Counted from the stretch's first letter, positions 29,050-38,784 are shown. The stretch is 64,000 bases of DNA from Candidatus Omnitrophota bacterium (GCA_028865345.1 JAGWKL010000005.1:21577-85576), one strand, 5' to 3'. Numbers and translations: made by a program. Notes: generated from the letters alone by a model not told the origin.

Positions 29050-30366
29050 ATGATGACCCAGCAGCAGATGCCTTTGAATATCGAAGGGCTACAGGAGTAT
29101 CAGTCTAAATTATCCGGCAACTCAAATGGTTGGCTCAAGACTTTCCGCCAGAAAAGTTTTGATCAATGGTCTGCTGAGCCGATGCCCACGCCCAAAGATG
29201 AGGAATGGAAATACACGTCTTTGGCAGACGTGATCAACCGCCGTTTTCAACTGGCCAGGCGGCATCAATTGGTCGAAGACAGGCAATTTGAGAACTACCG
29301 AAGCCGAGCGGACATCAACGTTGTTTTGGTCAACGGTGTTTTGTGGGGGGAATTGTCGAATTTGAAGGACCTGCCGCCGGGCCTTAAGATATCCTCCTTC
29401 AACGAAGCCCTGGGCCACGGGTCTGACGAGATCCGGGACACGGTCTCCAAATTGACCCCCAATGATTCAAAACCGTTTTTATGGATGAACCAGGCGCTGT
29501 TTTTGGACGGGGCCTTTATCCGGGTCATGCCTGAGGCCGAGATAGGGCCCTTGGTGCATATTATCCACGTGACAAGCGGCATCCTGCCGGACACGGTTGT
29601 CTTTCCCAGGACGTTTATTTCAGTGGGTGAATCTGCGAGTGTTGATATTCTGGAAAGCCATATCAGCTTCGAGCCGGTGTCCTACCTGTCCAACGCGGTG
29701 ACCGATATACGTATCGCGGCCAATGCCATGGTGGGTTTCTGCAAGACCCAGGCCGAAGCCCATCAGGCCGTGCATGTGGGCACCACCCGCATCTGGCAGG
29801 AGGCGGCCAGTTATCTTGATTCTTTTTCTTTCAATTTCGGCGGCCGGCTTGTCCGTAATAACCTTTCGGTCCTCATCAAAGGCGAGGCCACCCGTACGGT
29901 CATGAACGGGCTGTATGGCATCGACGGCAACCAGCATGTGGACAACCACACCTTACTCGATATTCAGCATCCCAACTGCACGAGCTATCAGCTTTATAAA
30001 GGGCTCTTGAATGGCAAGTCCAGGGCTGTTTTCAACGGTAAGATCTATGTGCATGCGCAAGCCCAGAAAACCGACGCGTACCAGTTGAATAAACATTTAT
30101 TGTTGGGCAAGGAAGCTCGGGTGGATACCAAACCGCAGCTGGAAATTTTTGCGGATGACGTGAAATGCACGCACGGGGCCACCATCGGCCAGCTCAATGA
30201 GGAGGAGATTTTTTATTTGCAGAGCCGCTGTATCCCCAGGCCGACGGCCATTCAATTAATGTCCAAGGGGTTCATTGACGATATCATCAATACCATCAAG
30301 AGCGATTCCATCCGCGCCAAACTGGGCCGCCTGCTGCTTAAAAAATTCCCGGAAATAAAGCTTTAA
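29050..30366 (+). CDS. sufD: Fe-S cluster assembly protein SufD.
   Basis: SufB/D family. It sits directly between sufC and sufS. Confidence 0.85.
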   Translation: MMTQQQMPLNIEGLQEYQSKLSGNSNGWLKTFRQKSFDQWSAEPMPTPKDEEWKYTSLADVINRRFQLARRHQLVEDRQFENYRSRADINVVLVNGVLWGELSNLKDLPPGLKISSFNEALGHGSDEIRDTVSKLTPNDSKPFLWMNQALFLDGAFIRVMPEAEIGPLVHIIHVTSGILPDTVVFPRTFISVGESASVDILESHISFEPVSYLSNAVTDIRIAANAMVGFCKTQAEAHQAVHVGTTRIWQEAASYLDSFSFNFGGRLVRNNLSVLIKGEATRTVMNGLYGIDGNQHVDNHTLLDIQHPNCTSYQLYKGLLNGKSRAVFNGKIYVHAQAQKTDAYQLNKHLLLGKEARVDTKPQLEIFADDVKCTHGATIGQLNEEEIFYLQSRCIPRPTAIQLMSKGFIDDIINTIKSDSIRAKLGRLLLKKFPEIKL

Positions 30367-31602
30367 ATGGTTCCTATGTCTTCCTTTGATGCCCATCGCT
30401 ATAGAGCGGAGTTCCCCAATCTCAGGATCAATGTCCACGGCAAGCCGTTGGTTTACCTGGACAATGCCGCCACGACCCTTAAGCCCCGCTGTGTGGTTGA
30501 CGCGGTCAATGCCTATTATGTGACCGGCGTGTCCAACGTGCACCGGGGGGTCCACTTTTTAAGTGAACAGGCAACGGCGGCCTTTGAGTATTCCCGTCAG
30601 GTGGTACGGCAATTCCTTCATGCCCCTAAAGCGCATGAAATTATCTTTACCAAGGGGGCCACCGAATCGCTCAACCTCGTGGCCCAATCTTTCGGCAGAC
30701 AATTCCTTAAAAAAGGCGATGAGATCATCATTTCCTACATGGAGCACCATTCCAATATCGTGCCCTGGCAAATGCTTTGCGAACAGGCAGGCTGCGTGCT
30801 TAAGGTCATTCCCATCAATGAGCGCGGTGAAATAATTTTTGAGGAGTATCTTAAGCTTTTATCCCGGAAAACCAGGCTGGTTGCCGTTGTCTGGGTCTCA
30901 AACTCTTTGGGCACCGTCAACCCCATCAAGGCTGTCATTGATCAGGCTCACCGGCGGGGCGCGGTTGTGGTCATTGATGCGGCCCAGGGGGTCACCCATG
31001 CGCCGACCAACGTCCAGGAACTGGACTGCGATTTTCTGGCCTTTTCGGGGCACAAGGTCCTGGGACCGACGGGCGTGGGAGTGCTTTATGGCAAAGAAAA
31101 ATGGCTGGAGGCCATGCCCCCTTATCAGGGTGGGGGGGACATGATCAAAAGCGTCACCTTCAGTAAAACTTTGTACAATGCCCTGCCTTATAAATTTGAA
31201 GCGGGGACACCTCCGATCGCCGAGGTCATCGGCCTGCGTTCAGCCCTGGAATTCCTGCAGACCATCAACTGGGAGGGCATGAAGGCCTACAAGCAGGAAT
31301 TGCTGGATTACGGCACTCAAAAGCTTTTGTCCATTGATGGTGTGCGCCTTATCGGAACGGCCCGTGACAAAACATCCATTTTGTCCTTTGTGGTGGATGG
31401 CATCCATCCCCATGATCTTGGCACTATTGTGGACCAGGACGGGGTGGCCATCCGCACCGGCCATCACTGCACCCAGCCGGTGATGGAATTCTTCAAGGTG
31501 CCTGCCACGGCCCGCGCGTCGCTGGCTTTTTACAACACTAAAGAAGAGATCGATGTCCTTGCCGGGGCTGTCGTCCGGGCCAAGGAGGTTTTTCATGCGT
31601 GA
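30367..31602 (+). CDS. sufS: Cysteine desulfurase SufS.
   Basis: Class-V aminotransferase fold with the PLP lysine region (SGHK) and the active-site HHCTQP. Confidence 0.92.
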   Translation: MVPMSSFDAHRYRAEFPNLRINVHGKPLVYLDNAATTLKPRCVVDAVNAYYVTGVSNVHRGVHFLSEQATAAFEYSRQVVRQFLHAPKAHEIIFTKGATESLNLVAQSFGRQFLKKGDEIIISYMEHHSNIVPWQMLCEQAGCVLKVIPINERGEIIFEEYLKLLSRKTRLVAVVWVSNSLGTVNPIKAVIDQAHRRGAVVVIDAAQGVTHAPTNVQELDCDFLAFSGHKVLGPTGVGVLYGKEKWLEAMPPYQGGGDMIKSVTFSKTLYNALPYKFEAGTPPIAEVIGLRSALEFLQTINWEGMKAYKQELLDYGTQKLLSIDGVRLIGTARDKTSILSFVVDGIHPHDLGTIVDQDGVAIRTGHHCTQPVMEFFKVPATARASLAFYNTKEEIDVLAGAVVRAKEVFHA

Positions 31603-32038
31603 GGAACTTTACCAGCAGACCATTTTGGAACACAACCGCAACCCCCGGAATTTTAAGAAGCTCGAAGGGGCGACCCATGTGGCCGAAGGGTATAATCCTT
31701 TATGCGGGGACCATCTGTGGGTTTATATGAAGATCAACGGCGGCGTTATTGAAGAGGCTTCTTTCGAAGGTTCGGGGTGCGCCATTTCCAAGGCCTCGGC
31801 TTCCATGATGACCGCTTCCCTTAAAGGCAGGACAATGGCTGAAGCGCAGGTGTTGTTTGACGAATTCCATCAACTGGTCATCGGTGAGCTCAAACCCGAT
31901 GAAAGGCCGCACCACTTGGGCAAGTTGGCGGTCTTTTCCGGCATCTGGCAATATCCGGCGCGGGTCAAATGCGCATCGCTGGGCTGGCACACCATGCACG
32001 GCGCTCTGGAAAAGACAAAATCAGTATCCACGGAATAG
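31595..32038 (+). CDS. sufU: SUF-system NifU-family sulfur-transfer protein SufU.
   Basis: Motifs NPLCGD...GSGCAIS...WHTMHGA. The ATG overlaps the sufS stop. The ORF track's 31553 start is spurious. Confidence 0.85.
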   Translation: MREELYQQTILEHNRNPRNFKKLEGATHVAEGYNPLCGDHLWVYMKINGGVIEEASFEGSGCAISKASASMMTASLKGRTMAEAQVLFDEFHQLVIGELKPDERPHHLGKLAVFSGIWQYPARVKCASLGWHTMHGALEKTKSVSTE

Positions 32039-32063
32039 AGGGATAAATTTATCCTTTACGATC

Positions 32064-33080
32064 ATGGCCATTATAGATTCATTAAACAGACCTTTGCACG
32101 ATTTACGTATATCGTTGATCGACCGCTGTAATTTCCGCTGTCCGTATTGCATGCCGTCGGAGAAGTTCCATCATGCGTATCAGTTCCTCGATAAGGACCG
32201 ATGGCTGAGTTTTGATGAGATCGTGCGCCTGGCCAAAATTTTTGTGGGGCTGGGGGGCCGCAAGCTGCGATTGACCGGAGGGGAACCTTTGTTGAGACCG
32301 GAAATTGACAGGCTTGTCCGTCAATTGGCGGCTGTTGAGGGGATTGAAGATCTGGCCCTGACGACCAACGGCTCCATGCTGAGCTTATGGGCTGCACGCC
32401 TGAAAGCCGCAGGCCTGCACCGGTTGACCGTCAGCTTAGACACGCTGGATGAGTCCGTTTTTTACCGGATGAACGGTGAGAAAGCGGCCCTCAAAGAAGT
32501 GCTGGATGGCCTGCGTGCCGCCGAACAGGCGGGATTCAAAGCCATCAACATCAATGCCGTTATCCAGCGCGGGGTCAACGACCATACCATTTTGGATCTG
32601 GTCAGGTACTTTCGCGGCACTCCCCATACGTTGCGTTTTATCGAATATATGGATGTCGGCAATCAGAACCATTGGGACGACACGCAAGTCGTGCCTTCAA
32701 GCGAAATCATCTCCATGATCAATGCCGAATTCCCTTTGCGCAAGATCGGCGGTACGCAGGACGGGGGGACTTCGGAGATTTTTTGTTTTAAGGACGGAGA
32801 GGGCGAGGTGGCTTTTATTTCGTCGGTGACCAAGGCCTTTTGCGGTACCTGCAGGCGTCTGCGTTTGTCCGCCGACGGGAAATTATACACCTGTCTTTTT
32901 GCCACCCGCGGCACAGATCTAGGCGGGCCTTTGAGAAAAGGGGCTTCCGATGAGATTTTGGGCGGCATCATTCGCCAGGTTTGGACCGGGCGGGATGACC
33001 GCTATTCCGAGACCCGCTATAAACTCCGCCACGGGCCCCAAGCGCTGCCGAAGGTTGAAATGTACCAGATCGGCGGGTAA
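32064..33080 (+). CDS. moaA: GTP 3',8-cyclase MoaA (radical SAM).
   Basis: CNFRCPYC radical-SAM motif and a C-terminal C..C..C cluster. The start is the ATG at 32064. The ORF track's 31857 start is too long. Confidence 0.9.
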   Translation: MAIIDSLNRPLHDLRISLIDRCNFRCPYCMPSEKFHHAYQFLDKDRWLSFDEIVRLAKIFVGLGGRKLRLTGGEPLLRPEIDRLVRQLAAVEGIEDLALTTNGSMLSLWAARLKAAGLHRLTVSLDTLDESVFYRMNGEKAALKEVLDGLRAAEQAGFKAININAVIQRGVNDHTILDLVRYFRGTPHTLRFIEYMDVGNQNHWDDTQVVPSSEIISMINAEFPLRKIGGTQDGGTSEIFCFKDGEGEVAFISSVTKAFCGTCRRLRLSADGKLYTCLFATRGTDLGGPLRKGASDEILGGIIRQVWTGRDDRYSETRYKLRHGPQALPKVEMYQIGG

Positions 33081-33108
33081 TATATGAAGATCCGCCTTGG
33101 AGCATGCA

Positions 33109-34671
33109 ATGGGTAATCTTATTGTTCTGATTTGGGTGGTTTTTATATTCGCGGCCTCTGTTTTTTTCGGCGGAGCCTCCTTTATAGAACTCATTCAAAA
33201 TGGGAAATTAAGGATTGATAAAGGGTTTTGGCTCTCTTTATCTGCATGTGCGGCGGCGCTCCTGCTTTGTCTTTCGATAGGACCCGCATTCTATCGCGTA
33301 TACCACGATGAACTTGTCTTTATTTCGCAATCCTGGAACATCCTTTTTTCCGGAAGCGCCGGCGTCATCTTAAAAGGAAGCCGGCTGCATCCGGAAATTT
33401 TGGCCCCGTGGACGGCCAATCCGAAACTCCCGGGATTTGCCTGCCTGGAAGCCGTTGTGCTTTTCTTGACAAAAGATTTTACGCACAGTTTTTTTATCAT
33501 GAATATTGCTTTAGGGGTCCTGTCGGTGGCGCTGGTTTACAGGATCGTTTGGCTTTTGACGGCAAGCCATGCGCTGTCCTGGTGGTCGGCCGTTTTTCTG
33601 GCATGCCTGCCTGTGCGCATCACCTATTCCATGTCTGCGGCTTCCGACATCGCCGGGCTTTTTTTCTTTTTGCTCTTTCTTCTTTTTATCGTCGAATACA
33701 GGGGAATGCCGGGCAGGCGCTTTTTGTATGCCGCCATTTTTTGCGGCATATTTAGTGTTTGCATCAAGCCTTTCTACGGAATTCTGACTTTGGCGGGACT
33801 GGCGGTGGCTCTGTCCATGTACCGGCGGGAAAGATTGTTGGACCGGAAAGCCTTTACGCAGGCGTGGGTGGATATCTTTTGTTTGTTCCTTCCGGTCTTG
33901 TGCGCGGTGCCGGTCATGTTCTTGACCGACGAGCAGAAACCTTTTTCCTTGTTGTTTGTGGGACGAAATCTCCAAACAGATATTTTCTATTTATTTTCCA
34001 ATCAACAAAACACCTTTTTAACGGCCGTGGCCGCCGCGGCAGCGGTCGGGACAGGCATTTACTACAGAAAAGGAGGCTTGACAGCCCTATGGGCAGGATG
34101 GCTGGTGGGTGGATTGCTGATCATTTCGGTTTTCTACGCGGGAGGGATTTCCTATCCCGGGCATGCCTATTCGGACCGATACTTCCTTCCCTTGGCATTC
34201 CCGTTCGTATTTTTAGCGGCCCAAGGGATGGTCGGCGTCTTAACGAGGCCAGGCCCCAAGTTTTTAGGGACTGCTTTCTTTTTAATTCTGATCATCAGCG
34301 CTTTTTATGCATCAAAACATTTGACCAGGGAGGCCAAGGAGGGATTTCATTATCAAAAGACACTGATACTCAAACAGGTATTGCCTTTGGTTCCCGATGA
34401 AGCTTATATGCTGGATGCCTGCTCTGCGCTGATCGCAACGATCAGTTCCAAGAAATCGATCCAGACAGAGCTTTTTATACATGGAGATCATCCCAAAGAA
34501 ATTGTTTTCCTTAAAGGGATCGCCGATGATCTGTACAATTCCGACGAACCTAAAAACATGGCGCTGGTCAAGAAGATCCTGAAGGCGGAATACCGCTGTG
34601 AGCCTCTGACAGCTTCACCGGTCGCCGAGCCCGATCTGTCGGCCACACCGTTCCTTTGCGTACGCAAATAA
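33109..34671 (+). CDS. GT-C fold glycosyltransferase (GT39/ArnT/PMT-like) membrane protein.
   Basis: About 11 TM segments and a first-loop YHDE motif. The general topology matches 4-amino-4-deoxy-L-arabinose and protein mannosyl transferases. Confidence 0.55.
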   Translation: MGNLIVLIWVVFIFAASVFFGGASFIELIQNGKLRIDKGFWLSLSACAAALLLCLSIGPAFYRVYHDELVFISQSWNILFSGSAGVILKGSRLHPEILAPWTANPKLPGFACLEAVVLFLTKDFTHSFFIMNIALGVLSVALVYRIVWLLTASHALSWWSAVFLACLPVRITYSMSAASDIAGLFFFLLFLLFIVEYRGMPGRRFLYAAIFCGIFSVCIKPFYGILTLAGLAVALSMYRRERLLDRKAFTQAWVDIFCLFLPVLCAVPVMFLTDEQKPFSLLFVGRNLQTDIFYLFSNQQNTFLTAVAAAAAVGTGIYYRKGGLTALWAGWLVGGLLIISVFYAGGISYPGHAYSDRYFLPLAFPFVFLAAQGMVGVLTRPGPKFLGTAFFLILIISAFYASKHLTREAKEGFHYQKTLILKQVLPLVPDEAYMLDACSALIATISSKKSIQTELFIHGDHPKEIVFLKGIADDLYNSDEPKNMALVKKILKAEYRCEPLTASPVAEPDLSATPFLCVRK

Positions 34672-35601
34672 TTACCAGAAACCTTGGGAATCGGCTTGCA
34701 GGGCGTGTTCAAATTTCCCCACAAAACGGACTTCGCGGACCAGCTGCAGGCCGAATTTTCTCTTGACGGCTTCCATCATCTTCAGGTGCAGGTCATGCAC
34801 ATCCTGTGAGCAGGCGCCCCGGCCTTTGATGATGATATTGGCATGCTTTTCAAAAATATAGGCGCCGCCGGCCTTCAGATTTTTGGCGCCCGATTCTTCC
34901 AAGAACCATCCGGCGGCCTGGCGGCGTTGGGCCTGTGATGAGGGCTCGATGTTGCGGAAAAATGAACCGGCGCAAGGTTCCCGGGTAAGGTCCGGGTGTT
35001 TTTCGGCGCGTTTTTTAAGTATTTCGGCGCGTTCCCGGGCCAGGAGCGCCCGATCAGCGGGCGTTAAAGCAAATTCCACGTCGATGATGATCTCGTTGCT
35101 TTCTTTGAGAAGCGAGTGGCGGTAGGAGAAACCGAAATATTCGGGGCCCACGGTTTTGACGCGGCCCTCGGCGTCGATGATCCGCGCGGATTTTAACGCG
35201 TCGCCGACCTGCCTGCCCCAGGCGCCGGCATTGCCCACGACTGCGCCTCCGACGGTGCCCGGAATTCCTGTGGCATAATTGAGGCCTCCCAGGCCTTCAT
35301 CGGCGCAAAAAAGGGCCAGATCATCCAGAAGGGTGCTTGCCGCAACCAGGACCGCTTGGTCCCGGCGTTCTATGAGGGGGGTTTCGGACAAATAGCGTAT
35401 CACGGTCGGTACAAGCCCGTGATCGGAAATCACCAAATTAGACCCGCCGCCGATCAGCAAAAACGGCTCATGGACTTTTTTTAACTTTTGGACGGTGGCG
35501 ATCAGTTCATCGGGGCCCAAGCATTCAATCAGGCAGGGGCAGGGGCCGCCCAACTGAAAGGTGGTGTATTGGGATAAAGGCACGTCTTTAAGGGTTTTCA
35601 T
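34672..35601 (-). CDS. murB: UDP-N-acetylenolpyruvoylglucosamine reductase.
   Basis: FAD-binding PCMH domain (FQLGGPC...LIGGGSN) and the MurB C-terminal domain. Confidence 0.9.
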   Translation of the reverse strand: MKTLKDVPLSQYTTFQLGGPCPCLIECLGPDELIATVQKLKKVHEPFLLIGGGSNLVISDHGLVPTVIRYLSETPLIERRDQAVLVAASTLLDDLALFCADEGLGGLNYATGIPGTVGGAVVGNAGAWGRQVGDALKSARIIDAEGRVKTVGPEYFGFSYRHSLLKESNEIIIDVEFALTPADRALLARERAEILKKRAEKHPDLTREPCAGSFFRNIEPSSQAQRRQAAGWFLEESGAKNLKAGGAYIFEKHANIIIKGRGACSQDVHDLHLKMMEAVKRKFGLQLVREVRFVGKFEHALQADSQGFW

Positions 35602-35681
35602 CCGAATAATTCCACTATGTTTCTCCGCTGATTCGAAGTGCCGCTTTCCTTAAATTTTATTGTCGGGAAGCGGCCATGGCG

Positions 35682-36104
35682 TCAGGCGGCAGGTTTTCCG
35701 TGGATCCAGGATTTACTTCCGTCGGTATAAAATTCTTTTTTCCAGATCAGCAGTCTTTTTTTGACCTCTTCAATGATGTAGCGGCAGGCCTTGAAGGCCT
35801 CATCGCGGTGAGGGGCCCATACGCCGATCCATACCGCGGTCTCCGTGGTTTTTAATTGGCCGGTCCTCTGAATGCACACAGCATCATGGATGAGAAAACC
35901 GGTGGTGGCTTCCTTGATTATTTTTTCGCCCTCGGCAAGGACGGCGGGCGCCTCGGCGATATACAAAAGCCCGCTGACAGCGCGGTCGTGTGTTTGGTCG
36001 GCCCTGACCGTGCCTTCAAAAATCACCAGGGCGCCGTCGGCCGGATCGCGGTACATGTTCCTTGCTTGCGCAACGTCGATGGGGCTTTCTTGGAGGATAA
36101 ACAT
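35682..36104 (-). CDS. moaE: Molybdopterin synthase catalytic subunit MoaE.
   Basis: MoaE family motifs (GALVIFEGTVR, HR.G...WKKE). Confidence 0.8.
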   Translation of the reverse strand: MFILQESPIDVAQARNMYRDPADGALVIFEGTVRADQTHDRAVSGLLYIAEAPAVLAEGEKIIKEATTGFLIHDAVCIQRTGQLKTTETAVWIGVWAPHRDEAFKACRYIIEEVKKRLLIWKKEFYTDGSKSWIHGKPAA

Positions 36105-36154
36105 ATCAATACGTTGCTTATATTCCCTGTTTCTTCGGCGCCGTTAGGTTTTAT

Positions 36155-36409
36155 TTAATAAGTTACTTTTACCGTTCCCTGTAAAATCCTGCATTGGCAT
36201 CCCAAACGGTGGGTACGGTCCATGGCCAGGTCCGTTTCTTCCTTGTTCAATGTATTGATATTTTCTGCGCCTTCGAGGACCTCGATCTGGCAGGTGCCGC
36301 AGACGCCGGAATTGCAGGAAAACGGGATGCCTGCCGCCTCGCAAGCCTCGGCGATCTGTTGGCCGTCGGGTACTTCATAGGTGACATTATCTATAATCAG
36401 TTTTGCCAT
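36155..36409 (-). CDS. [2Fe-2S] ferredoxin.
   Basis: Cys motif CNSGVCGTC....C. The start is 1 nt after the ispH stop. The ORF track's longer start at 36442 overlaps ispH. Confidence 0.75.
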   Translation of the reverse strand: MAKLIIDNVTYEVPDGQQIAEACEAAGIPFSCNSGVCGTCQIEVLEGAENINTLNKEETDLAMDRTHRLGCQCRILQGTVKVTY

Positions 36410-36410
36410 T

Positions 36411-37337
36411 TTATTTTTTAAATTGGAGAACCGGAAAAACAATGTTCTTTTCCGGATTACTGAATTCGTGGACGACAGCCCCGGGGTAAAAACCTTTGAT
36501 CTTGCCGATGATTTCGTCCACCAGGTAGCGGGGAACGGAAGCGCCGGAGCTCAAACCTACCCGTTGCTTGGTCCTCAGAATGGAGCAGTCCAATTCCGCA
36601 GCTGTGTCGACGATATAGCTTTCCACGCCGAGCTGCTCTCCGGTTTCCCGCAGGCGGTTGCTGTTGGAAGAGTGGGGCGAACCGCAAATGATGATGATAT
36701 CGCAAAAGCCCGCCAAATCCTTGACGGCATCCTGCCGGTTTTGGGTGGCGTAGCAGATGTCCGAACGCAAGGGGCCTGTGAGTTTGGGGAATTTGGCTTT
36801 CAACTTTTCGATGATGACTTTGGTCTCATCTACGGAGAGGGTGGTCTGCGTCAGGTAAGCGACGGTTTTCTGAGGGTCGATGTCCAGGAGGTCGACATCC
36901 TCTTCCTTTTCGATGATGTGCAGCAGGCCCGGATGCACATAACCGGAAGTGCCGATCAATTCCTGGTGCCCCACGTGGCCGATGAGAACTGTGTCCACTT
37001 TTTGATCGGAAAATTTGACGGCTTCCTTATGCACCTTGGTCACGAGAGGGCAGGTGGCGTCTACGAATTTCAGATGGCGCTGGCGGGCTTCCCCGATGAC
37101 GTCCGGAGGGATGCCATGGGCGCTGAAAATGATGCGGGAGCCGGGCGGAACGCTTTTAAGGTCCTCGACAAACTTGATCCCCCGGGCTTTCATGTCATTG
37201 ACCACGGAGGTGTTATGCACAATGTCGTGGTAGACAAAAAGCGGGGAGCCGTAGGTTTTAAGGGCCAATTCCACGATATCGATGGCGCTGGCGACCCCGG
37301 CGCAAAAACCCTGGGTTTTGGCTAGAAATATTTCCAA
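36411..37337 (-). CDS. ispH: 4-hydroxy-3-methylbut-2-enyl diphosphate reductase.
   Basis: LytB/IspH signature throughout (GFCAGV, HNxxV, CPLV). Confidence 0.93.
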   Translation of the reverse strand: MEIFLAKTQGFCAGVASAIDIVELALKTYGSPLFVYHDIVHNTSVVNDMKARGIKFVEDLKSVPPGSRIIFSAHGIPPDVIGEARQRHLKFVDATCPLVTKVHKEAVKFSDQKVDTVLIGHVGHQELIGTSGYVHPGLLHIIEKEEDVDLLDIDPQKTVAYLTQTTLSVDETKVIIEKLKAKFPKLTGPLRSDICYATQNRQDAVKDLAGFCDIIIICGSPHSSNSNRLRETGEQLGVESYIVDTAAELDCSILRTKQRVGLSSGASVPRYLVDEIIGKIKGFYPGAVVHEFSNPEKNIVFPVLQFKK

Positions 37338-37393
37338 AAGACCCCATTTCTTATGTTTTAAAGAAAGGTTGCGAGAAGGCGAACCCTTTGAGC

Positions 37394-37422
37394 TTGCTTT
37401 TTTTATTTATGTTTCCTATAAT
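37394..37422 (+). promoter_or_regulatory. Sigma-70-like promoter TTGCTT-N17-TATAAT for ispG. It sits in the divergent ispH/ispG region.
   Basis: TTGCTT at 37394-37399 and TATAAT at 37417-37422. Confidence 0.5.
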
Positions 37423-37468
37423 ACGCGTCAATTATAACATTTTTGCTTGAGGTGTAAATTTTAATTTC

Positions 37469-38683
37469 ATGAGTGTCATTCATCGTCGAAAAACACCAGT
37501 TGTCCACATCGGCCATTTAAGTTTGGGGCACGGTGATCCGGTGCGTATCCAGTCCATGACGGACACGCCGACGGCTGACGTCCAGGCAACCCTGGCCCAA
37601 ACCAGGGAATTGATTGCTGCCGGCTGTGAACTCGTACGTTGGACGATCAATGATGACGGTGCGGCCAAAGGCGCCGTCGAGGCCATCCGAAGCCTCCGCG
37701 CGGAAGGCATCACCACTCCCATCATCGGAGACTTTCATTTTAACGGGCATGTCCTTTTAAAGAACAATCCGAAAACCGCCGGGTTGCTGGATAAGTACCG
37801 CATCAATCCCGGCAACGTGGGCCGTGGCCGCCTGCACGATGATAATTTTTCCCAAATTATCAAAATTGCGATCGACAACGGAAAAGCCGTGCGCATCGGC
37901 GTCAATTGGGGGTCTTTGGACCAGGAGTTGTTGACGGAACTGATGGACATCAATGCCCGTTCATCCGCGCCTAAAGATTTCAGTGAGGTGACTCGTGAAG
38001 CCATGGTGCAAAGCGCTTTGCGGTCCGCGGAATATGCTTTAAAGCTGGGGCTTTCCCGCCAAAAGCTTGTTTTGAGCGTTAAGATGTCCGGATTGCAGGA
38101 CATGGTTGCGGTTTACGAGCGTCTTGCCAGGCAATGTGATCTGGCTTTGCATCTGGGTTTGACGGAGGCGGGGGGCGACCTGAAAGGCGCCGTGTCATCG
38201 AGCGCGGCGCTTTCCATCCTGTTGCAGCAGGGCATCGGTGACACCATCCGCGTTTCGTTGACGCCCCAGCCCAATGTCCCCCGCTCAAGGGAAGTGGAGG
38301 TTTGCAAAGAGCTTTTGCAGTCCTTGGGGTTGCGTTATTTTTCTCCGTCCGTGACAAGCTGCCCCGGCTGCGGCCGCACGAGTTCGGACTATTTCCAATA
38401 CCTGGCCCGGGACATCAATGCCTACATCAAATTAAAAATGCCCTTATGGCAAAAACAATATCCCGGCATTGAAGAAATGAAAATTGCGGTCATGGGCTGT
38501 GTGGTCAACGGTCCCGGGGAGAGCCGCCATGCCCATATCGGCATCAGCCTGCCGGGCGCATCTGAAGTGCCCATTGCGCCGGTCTACATGGACGGCAAGG
38601 AATACAAGACCCTGAAAGGCGGCCATATCAAGGAAGAGTTTATCGAAATACTGGAGACATATATTAAAAACCGGTATTCATAG
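37469..38683 (+). CDS. ispG: 4-hydroxy-3-methylbut-2-en-1-yl diphosphate synthase.
   Basis: GcpE family with C-terminal Cys ligands (CPGCGR...C). Confidence 0.93.
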   Translation: MSVIHRRKTPVVHIGHLSLGHGDPVRIQSMTDTPTADVQATLAQTRELIAAGCELVRWTINDDGAAKGAVEAIRSLRAEGITTPIIGDFHFNGHVLLKNNPKTAGLLDKYRINPGNVGRGRLHDDNFSQIIKIAIDNGKAVRIGVNWGSLDQELLTELMDINARSSAPKDFSEVTREAMVQSALRSAEYALKLGLSRQKLVLSVKMSGLQDMVAVYERLARQCDLALHLGLTEAGGDLKGAVSSSAALSILLQQGIGDTIRVSLTPQPNVPRSREVEVCKELLQSLGLRYFSPSVTSCPGCGRTSSDYFQYLARDINAYIKLKMPLWQKQYPGIEEMKIAVMGCVVNGPGESRHAHIGISLPGASEVPIAPVYMDGKEYKTLKGGHIKEEFIEILETYIKNRYS

Positions 38684-38784
38684 CAATCCTCGGGTGGCCG
38701 AGGGAGGGGCATCCCCGCCGAGCGCAGGCTTTTGCGAGCACGGCGGGGAAACCCGAGGCCAGGCCCCGAGGCTTAGGAGACCTT

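Noticed and set aside
35602-35681. An inverted repeat GCCGCTTTCC...GGGAAGCGGC between moaE and murB could be a terminator.
   Set aside because: No U-tract follows on the - strand, and the genes are only 80 nt apart in the same orientation. It is more likely part of one transcript.
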